From Eledone cirrhosa (taxonomy: Eukaryota): a stretch of 64,000 nt of DNA. Below the pieces are notes generated by a model. That model ran no database searches and was not told the DNA's origin. It saw only the letters and a program-made list of their open reading frames with translations. Below, piece by piece: positions 54,001 to 64,000 of the stretch. A program made the translations under genes and the position numbers. The stretch covers positions 41,106,001 to 41,170,000 of the forward strand of contig OZ024750.1 of the NCBI GenBank assembly GCA_964016885.1. The letters are read 5' to 3'. The first letter of the stretch is position 1; each line of letters starts with the position of its first letter.

Positions 54001-57000
54001 TGAGAGTGAAATCACTAGCAAGGGATTTGAGGGGACAGGAGAATGAAATCACTAGCAAGGGATTTGAGGAGTCATGAGAGTGAAATCCCTAGCAAGAGAT
54101 TTGAGGGGACACAAGAGTGAAATCACTAGCAAGAGGTTTGAGGATCTGAGGGACATGAGAGTGAAATCACTAGCAAGGGATTTGAGGTGTCATGAGAGTG
54201 CAATCTCTAGCAAGAGATTTGAGGGGACATGAGAGTGAAATCACTAGCAAGAGATTTGAGGGGACATGAGAGTGAAATCACTAGCAAAGGATTTGAGGAT
54301 TTGAGGGGACATGAGAGTGAAATCACTAGCAAGAGATTTGAGGGGACATGAGAGTGAAATCACGAGCAAGGGATTTGAGGGGACATGAGAGTGAAATCTC
54401 TAGGAAGGGATTTGAGGGGACATGAGAGTGAAATCACTAGCAAGAGATTTGAGGGGACATGAGGGTGAAATCTCTAGGAAGGGATTTGAGGGGACATGAG
54501 AGTGAAATCACTAGCAAGAGATTTGAGGGGACATGAGAGTGAAATCACTAGCAAGAGATTTGAGGGGACATGAGAGTGAAATCACTAGCAAGGGATTTGA
54601 GGATTTGAGGGGACATGAGAGTGAAATCACTAGCAAGAGATTTGAGGGGACATGAGAGTGAAATCACTAGCAAGGGATTTGAGGGGACATGAGAGTGAAA
54701 TCTCTAGGAAGGGATTTGAGGGGATATAAGAGTGAAATCACTAGAAAGAGATTTGAGGGGACATGAGAGTGAAATCCCTAGCAAGATATTTGAGGGGACA
54801 TGAGAGTGAAATCACTAGCAAGGGATTTGAGGATTTGAGGGGACATGAGAGTGAAATCACTAGGAATAGATTTGAGGGGACATGAGAGTGAAATCACTAG
54901 CAAGAGATTTGAGGGGACATGAGAGTGAAATCACTAGCAAGAGATTTGAGGGGACATGAGAGTGAAATCACTAGCAAGGGATTTGAGGATTTGAGGGGAC
55001 ATGAGAGTGAAATCACTAGCAAGGGATTTGAGGATTTGATGGGACATGAGAGTGAAATCACTAGCAAGAGATTTGAGGGGACATGAGAGTGAAATCACTA
55101 GGAATAGATTTGAGGGGACATGAGAGTGAAATCACTAGAAAGAGATTTGAGGGGACATGAGAGTGAAATCCCTAGCAAGATATTTGAGGGGACATGAGAG
55201 TGAAATCACTAGCAAGGGATTTGAGGATTTGAGGGGACATGAGAGTGAAATCACTAGGAATAGATTTGAGGGGACATGAGAGTGAAATCACTAGCAAGGG
55301 ATTTGAGGGGACATGAGAGTGAAATCACTAGCAAGAGATTTGAGGGGACATGAGAGTGAAATCACTAGCAAGGGATTTGAGGGGACATGAGAGTGAAATC
55401 TCTAGGAAGGGATATGAGGGGACATGAGAGTGAAATAACTAGCAAGAGATTTGAGGATTTGAGGGACATGAGAGTGAAATCACTAGCAAGGGATTTGAGG
55501 GGACATGAGAGTGAAATCACTAGCAAGAGATTTGAGGATTTGAGGGACATGAGAGTGAAATCACTAGCAAGGTATTTGATGGGACATGAGAGTGAAATCA
55601 CTAGGAAGGAATTTGAGGGGACATGAGAGTGAAATCACTAGCAAGGTATTTGAGGGGACATGAGAGTGAAATCACTAGGAAGGGATTTGAGGGGACATGA
55701 GAGTGAAATCACTAGCAAGAGATTTGAGGGGACATGAGAGTGAAATCACTAGCAAGGGATTTGATAGGACATGAGAGTGAAATCACTAGCAAGGGATTTG
55801 AGGGGACATGAGAGTGAAATCACTAGCAAGAGATTTGAGAGGATATGAGAGTGAAATCACTAGCAAGGGATTTGAGGATTTGAGGGGACATGAGAGTGAA
55901 ATCACTAGCAAGAGATTTGAGGGGACATGAGAGTGAAATCACTAGGAATAGATTTGAGGGGACATGAGAGTGAAATCACTAGAAAGAGATTTGAGGGGAC
56001 ATGAGAGTGAAATCCCTAGCAAGGGATTTGAGGAGTCATGAGAGTGAAATCCCTAGCAAGAGATTTGAGGGGACACAAGAGTGAAATCACTAGCAAGAGG
56101 TTTGAGGATTTGAGGGACATGAGAGTGAAATCACTAGCAAGGGATTTGAGGTGTCATGAGAGTGCAATCTCTAGCAAGAGATTTGAGGGGACATGAGAGT
56201 GAAATCACTAGCAAGGGATTTGAGGGGACATGAGAGTGAAATCTCTAGGAAGGGATTTGAGGGGATATGAGAGTGAAATCACTAGCAAGAGATTTGAGGG
56301 GACATGAGAGTGAAATCACTAGCAAGGGATTTGAGGATTTGAGGGGACATGAGAGTGAAATCACTAGCAAGGGATTTGAGGATTTGATGGGACATGAGAG
56401 TGAAATCACTAGCAAGAGATTTGAGGGGACATGAGAGTGAAATCACTAGGAATAGATTTGAGGGGACATGAGAGTGAAATCACTAGAAAGAGATTTGAGG
56501 GGACATGAGAGTGAAATCCCTAGCAAGATATTTGAGGGGACATGAGAGTGAAATCACTAGCAAGGGATTTGAGGATTTGAGGGGACATGAGAGTGAAATC
56601 ACTAGCAAGAGATTTGAGGGGACATGAGAGTGAAATCACTAGGAATAGATTTGAGGGGACATGAGAGTGAAATCACTAGCAAGGGATTTGAGGGGACATG
56701 AGAGTGAAATCACTAGCAAGAGATTTGAGGGGACATGAGAGTGAAATCACTAGCAAGGGATTTGAGGGGACATGAGAGTGAAATCTCTAGGAAGGGATAT
56801 GAGGGGACATGAGAGTGAAATAACTAGCAAGAGATTTGAGGATTTGAGGGACATGAGAGTGAAATCACTAGCAAGGGATTTGAGGGGACATGAGAGTGAA
56901 ATCACTAGCAAGAGATTTGAGGATTTGAGGGACATGAGAGTGAAATCACTAGCAAGGTATTTGAGGGGACATGAGAGTGAAATCACTAGGAAGGGATTTG

Positions 57001-60000
57001 AGGGGACATGAGAGTGAAATCACTAGCAAGGTATTTGAGGGGACATGAGAGTGAAATCACTAGGAAGGGATTTGAGGGGACATGAGAGTGAAATCACTAG
57101 CAAGAGATTTGAGGGGACATGAGAGTGAAATCACTAGCAAGGGATTTGAGGGGACATGAGAGTGAAATCACTAGCAAGAGATTTGAGAGGATATGAGAGT
57201 GAAATCACTAGCAAGGGATTTGAGGATTTGAGGGGACATGAGAGTGAAATCACTAGCAAGAGATTTGAGGGGACATGAGAGTGAAATCACTAGCAAGGGA
57301 TTTGAGGAGTCATGAGAGTGAAATCCCTAGCAAGAGATTTGAGGGGACACAAGAGTGAAATCACTAGCAAGAGGTTTGAGGATTTGAGGGACATGAGAGT
57401 GAAATCACTAGCAAGGGATTTGAGGTGTCATGAGAGTGAAATCTCTAGGAAGGGATTTGAGGGGATATGAGAGTGAAATCACTAGCAAGAGATTTGAGGG
57501 GACATGAGAGTGAAATCACTAGCAAGAGATTTGAGGGGACAGGAGAGTGAAATCACTAGCAAGGGATTTGAGGAGTCATGAGAGTGAAATCCCTAGCAAG
57601 AGATTTGAGGGGACACAAGAGTGAAATGACTAGCAAGAGGTTTGAGGATTTGAGGGACATGAGAGTGAAATCACTAGCAAGGGATTTGAGGTGTCATGAG
57701 AGTGCAATCTCTAGCAAGAGATTTGAGGGGACATGAGAGTGAAATCACTAGCAAGGGATTTGAGGGGACATGAGAGTGAAATCTCTAGGAAGGGATTTGA
57801 GGGGACATGAGAGTGAAATCACTAGCAAGGGATTTGAGGGGTCATGAGAGTGAAATCTCTAGGAAGGGATTTGAGGGGATATGAGAGTGAAATCACTAGC
57901 AAGAGATTTGAGGGGACATGAGAGTGAAATCACTAGCAAGAGATTTGAGGGGACATGAGAGTGAAATCACTAACAAGGGATTTGAGGATTTGAGGGGACA
58001 TGAGAGTGAAATCACTAGCAAGAGATTTGAGGGGACATGAGAGTGAAATCACGAGCAAGGGATTTGAGGGGACATGAGAGTGAAATCTCTAGGAAGGGAT
58101 TTGAGGGGACATGAGAGTGAAATCACTAGCAAGAGATTTGAGGGCACATGAGAGTGAAATCACTAGCAAGAGATTTGAGGATTTGAGGGGACATGAGAGT
58201 GAAATCACTAGCAAGAGATTTGAGGGGACATGAGAGTGAAATCACTAGCAAGGGATTTGAGGGGACATGAGAGTGAAATCACTAGCAAGAGATTTGAGGA
58301 GACATGAGAGTGAAATCACTAGCAAGGGATTTGAGGAGTCATGAGAGTGAAATCCCTAGCAAGAGATTTGAGGGGACACAAGAGTGAAATCACTAGCAAG
58401 AGGTTTGAGGATCTGAGGGACATGAGAGTGAAATCACTAGCAAGAGATTTGAGGGGACATGAGAGTGAAATCACTAGCAAGGGATTTGAGGAGTCATGAG
58501 AGTGAAATCCCTAGCAAGAGATTTGAGGGGAGACAAGAGTGAAATCACTAGCAAGAGGTTTGAGGATTTGAGGGACATGAGAGTGAAATCACTAGCAAGG
58601 GATTTGAGGTGTCATGAGAGTGCAATCTCTAGCAAGAGATTTGAGGGGACATGAGAGTGAAATCACTAGCAAGGGATTTGAGGGGACATGAGAGTGAAAT
58701 CTCTAGGAAGGGATTTGAGGGGATATGAGAGTGAAATCACTAGCAAGAGATTTGAGGGGACATGAGAGTGAAATCACTAGCAAGAGATTTGAGGGGACAT
58801 GAGAGTGAAATCACTAGCAAGGGATTTGAGGATTTGAGGGGACATGAGAGTGAAATCACTAGCAAGAGATTTGAGGGGACATGAGAGTGAAATCACTAGC
58901 AAGGGATTTGAGGGGACATGAGAGTGAAATCACTAGCAAGGGATTTGAGGGGACAGGAGAGTGAAATCACTAGCAAGGGATTTGAGGAGTCATGAGAGTG
59001 AAATCCCTAGCAAGAGATTTGAGGGGACACAAGAGTGAAATGACTAGCAAGTGGTTTGAGGATTTGAGGGACATGAGAGTGAAATCACTAGCAAGGGATT
59101 TGAGGTGTCATGAGAGTGCAATCTCTAGCAAGAGATTTGAGGGGACATGAGAGTGAAATCACTAGCAAGGGATTTGAGGGGACATGAGAGTGAAATCTCT
59201 AGGAAGGGATTTGAGGGGACATGAGAGTGAAATCACTAGCAAGGGATTTGAGGGGTCATGAGAGTGAAATCTCTAGGAAGGGATTTGAGGGTATATGAGA
59301 GTGAAATCACTAGCAAGAGATTTTAGGGGACATGAGAGTGAAATCACTAGCAAAGGATTTGAGGATTTGAGGGGACATGAGAGTGAAATCACTAGCAAGA
59401 GATTTGAGGGGACATGAGAGTGAAATCACGAGCAAGGGATTTGAGGGGACATGAGAGTGAAATCTCTAGGAAGGGATTTGAGGGGACATGAGAGTGAAAT
59501 CACTAGCAAGAGATTTGAGGGCAAATGAGAGTTTAATCACTAGCAAGAGATTTGAGGATTTGAGGGGACATGAGAGTGAAATCACTAGCAAGAGATTTGA
59601 GGGGACATGAGAGTGAAATCACTAGCAAGAGATTTGAGGGGACATGAGAGTGAAATCACTAGCAAGGGATTTGAGGGGACATGAGGGTGAAATCTCTAGG
59701 AAGGGATTTGAGGGGACATGAGAGTGAAATCACTAGCAAGAGATTTGAGGGAACATGAGAGTGAAATCACTAGCAAGGGATTTGAGGATTTGAGGGGACA
59801 TGAGAGTGAAATCACTAGCAAGAGATTTGAGGGGACATGAGAGTGAAATCTCTAGGAAGGGATTTGAGGGGATATGAGAGTGAAATCACTAGCAAGAGAT
59901 TTGAGGGGACATGAGAGTGAAATCACTAGCAAGAGATTTGAGGGGACATGAGAGTGAAATCACTAGCAAGGGATTTGAGGATTTGAGGGGACATGAGAGT

Positions 60001-61075
60001 GAAATCACTAGCAAGAGAATTGAGGGGACATGAGAGTGAAATCACTAGCAAGGGATTTGAGGGGACATGAGAGTGAAATCTCTAGGAAGGGATTTGAGGG
60101 GATATGAGAGTGAAATCACTAGCAAGAGATTTGAGGGGACATGAGAGTGAAATCACTAGCAAGGGATTTGAGGATTTGAGGGGACATGAGAGTGAAATCA
60201 CTAGCAAGATATTTGAGGGGACATGAGAGTGAAATCACTAGGAATAGATTTGAGGGGACATGAGAGTGAAATCACTAGCAAGGGATTTGAGGGGACATGA
60301 GAGTGAAATCACTAGCAAGAGATTTGAGGGGACATGAGAGTGAAATCACTAGCAAGGGATTTGAGGGGACATGAGAGTGAAATCTCTAGGAAGGGATATG
60401 AGGGGACATGAGAGTGAAATAACTAGCAAGAGATTTGAGGATTTGAGGGACATGAGAGTGAAATCACTAGCAAGGGATTTGAGGGGACATGAGAGTGAAA
60501 TCACTAGCAAGAGATTTGAGGATTTGAGGGACATGAGTGTGAAATCACTAGCAAGGTATTTGAGGGGACATGAGAGTGAAATCACTAGGAAGGGATTTGA
60601 GGGGACATGAGAGTGAAATCACTAGCAAGGTATTTGAGGGGACATGAGAGTGAAATCACTAGGAAGGGATTTGAGGGGACATGAGAGTGAAATCACTAGC
60701 AAGAGATTTGAGGGGACATGAGAGTGAAATCACTAGCAAGGGATTTGAGGGGACATGAGAGTGAAATCACTAGCAAGGGATTTGAGGGGACATGAGAGTG
60801 AAACCACTAGCAAGAGATTTGAGGATTTGAGGGACATGAGAGTGAAATCACTAGCAAGGTATTTGAGGGGACATGAGAGTGAAATCACTAGGAAGGGATT
60901 TGAGGGGACATGAGAGTGAAATCACTAGCAAGGTATTTGAGGGGACATGAGAGTGAAATCACTAGGAAGGGATTTGAGGGGACATGAGAGTGAAATCACT
61001 AGCAAGAGATTTGAGGGGACATGAGAGTGAAATCACTAGCAAGGGATTTGAGGGGACATGAGAGTGAAATCACTA
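33011..61075. repeat. 37-bp tandem satellite, about 28 kb and over 700 units
   Basis: Consensus GAGAGTGAAATCACTAGCAAG(G/A)GATTTGAGGGGACAT. The 44/45-bp variants carry an extra GATTTGAG and 36-bp variants also occur. The first units at 33011-33120 are degenerate. Confidence 0.98.
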
Positions 61076-61182
61076 CATATGATTGCTGGGAGTTTGGGAA
61101 TATTGGCAAAGATTCCGTAGGAAGAAAATCAGAATTAATAGAATCTTGCTAGTCTTACCAGTTTTCCAAGTTGATTGGTGGG

Positions 61183-61366
61183 TGTATATATGTGTGTATG
61201 TGGGTATGTGTGTGTGTGTGGGGGGGGGGGTACTGAAGATTATTGTTTACATATTTATATATATATATATATATAATGATGATGATATATGTATATATAT
61301 ATATATATGTATATGTATATCTATGTACGTATATATATATATATAGATAAATATGTATATATATAT

Positions 61367-61399
<33 letters not shown>

Positions 61400-61521
61400 C
61401 ATATATACATATATATATATTATATATATATATATACATGTATATATATATATATAAATATGATATATAAAAATATATAAAGATGATGATATGTATATAT
61501 ATGTGTGTATTTGTATGTTAG

Positions 61522-61559
<38 letters not shown>

Positions 61560-61580
61560 GTGTGTTTGTGTGTGTTAGTT

Positions 61581-61640
<60 letters not shown>

Positions 61641-61695
61641 ATATATGTATGTGTGTATGTATGTATGTATGTATATATGTGTGTGTGTATTATAT
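61183..61695. repeat. (TA)n/(TG)n low-complexity microsatellite region
   Basis: Directly visible in the sequence. Confidence 0.9.
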
Positions 61696-61762
61696 AGTTT
61701 AGTTTTGTAAGAAACAGGAAAGAAGTGTCTATCAGTTCTCATTATGACATGACAGTCAATAA

Positions 61763-63172
61763 GAAGAAGAGAAAGGAGAGAAAGAAGAGGTAGAAGAGAA
61801 AGGAGGGGAAGAAGAGTTAGAAGAGAAAGAAGGGGAAGAAGCGGTAGAAGAGAAAGAAGAGAAAGAAGGGGAAGAAGAGGTAGAAAAGAAAGGAGGGGAA
61901 GAAGAGTTAGAAGAGAAAGAAGGGGAAGAAGGGGAAGAAGAGGTAGAAGAGAAAGGAGGGGAAGAAGAGGTAGAAGAGAAAGAAGAGAAAGGAGGGGAAG
62001 AAGAGGTAGAAGAGAAAGGAGGGGAAGAAGAGGTAGAAGAGTAAGGAGGGGAAGAAGAGGTAGAAGAGAAAGAAGAGAAAGGAGGGGAAGAAGAGGTAGA
62101 AGAGAAAGAAGGGGAAGAAGAGGTAGAAGAGAAAGAAGAGAAAGAAGGGGAAGAAGAGGTAGAAGAGAAAGGAGGGGAAGAAGAGGTAGAAGAGAAAGAA
62201 GAGAAAGGAGGGGAAGAAGAGGTAGAAGAGAAAGAAGAGAAAGGAGGGGAAGAAGAGGTAGAAGAGAAAGAAGAGAAAGAAGAGGTAGAAGAGAAAGGAG
62301 GGGAAGAAGAGGTAGAAGAGAAAGAAGAGAAAGGAGGGGAAGAAGAGGTAGAAGAGAAAGAAGGGGAAGAAGAGGTAGAAGAGAAAGAAGAGAAAGAAGG
62401 GGAAGAAGAGGTAGAAGAGAAAGCAGGGGAAGAAGAGGTAGAAGAGAAAGAAGAGAAAGGAGGGGAAGAAGAGGTAGAAGAGAAAGGAGGGGAAGAAGAG
62501 GTAGAAGAGAAAGAAGAGAAAGGAGGGGAAGAAGAGGTAGAAGAGAAAGAAGGGGAAGAAGAGGTAGAAGAGAAAGAAGAGAAAGAAGGGGAAGAAGAGG
62601 TAGAAGAGAAAGGAGGGGAAGAAGAGGTAGAAGAGAAAGAAGAGAAAGGAGGGGAAGAAGAGGTAGAAGAGAAAGGAGGGGAAGAAGAGGTAGAAGAGAA
62701 AGAAGAGAAAGGAAGGGAAGAAGAGGTAGAAGATGAAGTAGAGAAAGGAGATGAAGAAGTAGAAGATGAAGTAGAGGTAGAAGAGGTAGAAGAGAAAGAA
62801 GAGAAAGGAGGGGAAGAAGAGGTAGAAGAGAAAGAAGGGGAAGGAGAGGTAGAAGAGAAAGAAGAGAAAGAAGGGGAAGAAGAGGTAGAAGAGAAAGGAG
62901 GGGAAGAAGAGGTAGAAGAGAAAGAAGAGAAAGGAAGGGAAGAAGAGGTAGAAGATGAAGAAGAGAAAGGAGATGAAGAAGTAGAAGATGAAGTAGAGGT
63001 AGAAGAGGTAGAAGAGAAAGAAGAGAAAGGAGGGGAAGAAAAGGTAGAAGAGAAAGGAGGGGAAGAAGAGTTAGAAGAGGTAGAAGAGAAAGGAGATGAA
63101 GAAGAGGTAGAAGATGAAGAAGAGAAAGGAGGAGATGAAGAAGTAGAAGATGAAGAGGAGGCAGAAGGTAGA
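61763..63172. repeat. Polypurine (GA-rich) repeat built from 9-bp modules (27/36-bp units)
   Basis: Modules such as GAAGAAGAG, GTAGAAGAG, AAAGAAGAG and AAAGGAGGG. The + strand has almost no pyrimidines. Confidence 0.92.
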
Positions 63173-63399
63173 AACTCTAGCCAAGCTGTCGAACTTCGTA
63201 AAAATCAACTTCACACAGAAATCTATTGAAAGAATATTTTGAGAGAGAAATGAAAGCTGAGTGAAAGGGAGGCTTGCTCCTCCTAGCTTCCATGGAATGT
63301 TCCATGGAGATATCTAACTTTTCCAGGAAGTAGACACTACACTTACAGTTTCTTCCTTCTCCTCTCTACTTTACCATCCTGGTTGAGATATTTCCCAGC

Positions 63400-63533
63400 C
63401 CATCATAATCATCATTATCATCATCACCATCATCATCAGCAGCAGCATCACCATCACCATCATCATCATCATAACTATCACCATCATCATCATCATCATC
63501 ATAACCATCATAATCATCATCATTATTATCATG
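63400..63533. repeat. (CAT)n microsatellite
   Basis: Directly visible in the sequence. Confidence 0.9.
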
Positions 63534-63535
63534 AT

Positions 63536-63722
63536 AAGGCGGTGGATTGGCAGTATCGGTAGAGGGTCGGACACCATGCTTTCCAGCATAGTTACGTCCC
63601 TTTACGATCTGAGTTCAAATCCCGCCGAGGTTGAATTTCCCTTTCATCCTTACGGGGTCGATAAAATAAAGTACCAGTAATGCACTGGGATGATTGCTGG
63701 CCTTGTGCCTAAAGTAGAAACA
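63536..63722 (+). mobile_element. SINE-B copy inserted in (CAT)n
   Basis: GGCGGTGGATTGGCAGTATCGG, B box GAGTTCAAATCC at 63611, and tail GCCTTGTGCCTAAAGTAGAAAC. Confidence 0.92.
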
Positions 63723-63725
63723 ATT

Positions 63726-64000
63726 ATTATCATCATCACCATTATCACCATCATCATCATCACCATCACCATCATCACCATCACAACCATCACCATCATC
63801 ACAACCCTCACCATCACAACCATCATCACCATCATTGTAATATCATCATCATCATTGACAATGACAATAACGGTGTTGATGACAATATGACAATGATGAT
63901 GACAACTGTGGGGGTGACAACTGTGGTGGTGACAGTGACAATGATGATGACAACTGTGGTGGTGACAGTGACAATGATGATGACAACTGTGGTGGTGACA
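63726..64000. repeat. (CAT/CAC)n followed by the start of a 33-bp repeat GACAACTGTGGTGGTGACAGTGACAATGATGAT
   Basis: Directly visible in the sequence and runs off the right edge. Confidence 0.8.

Noticed and set aside
44233-60610. Seven repeated 78/79-aa ORF pairs
   Set aside because: These are chance frames created by 44-bp variant units within the satellite. They mark higher-order duplications, not genes.
33011-61075. CRISPR-like array (37-bp repeat with internal dyad)
   Set aside because: Units are directly head-to-tail with no unique spacers, there are no cas genes, and the context is eukaryotic.
61083-61697. Tyr/Ile-rich short ORFs (also the Met- and Ile-rich ORFs at 63371-63890)
   Set aside because: They are translations of (TA)n and (CAT)n microsatellites.

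Overview
This is repeat-dominated eukaryotic DNA, not prokaryotic. The SINE, RTE and TTAA-MITE repertoire resembles what I recall from octopus/cephalopod genomes, which is inference from memory rather than a search result. About three quarters of the window is three large tandem arrays: a 39-bp minisatellite (1-9395), a (CCAYA)n pentamer array (14284-25390) and a 37-bp satellite (33011-61075). Each array contains kb-scale internal duplications. The islands between them hold decayed transposable elements: two tRNA-derived SINE families, RTE, CR1-like and R4/Dong-like LINE fragments, piggyBac-type TTAA MITEs, an 18-bp palindromic minisatellite and microsatellites. I found no host protein-coding gene I can support, and nearly all long ORFs in the track are repeat artefacts. 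The best leads are: (i) a covarying H-type pseudoknot shared by the SINE-A body and an RTE 3' UTR; (ii) a SINE-B tail resembling the 3' UTR hairpin loop of an R4/Dong-like LINE, suggesting an unusual SINE-LINE partnership and microsatellite targeting; (iii) a SINE-head/APE-endonuclease/SINE-tail chimera; (iv) the indel-free 39-bp array, which keeps a 3140-codon frame open yet carries splice-donor and branch-point motifs in most units. None is proven from sequence alone.
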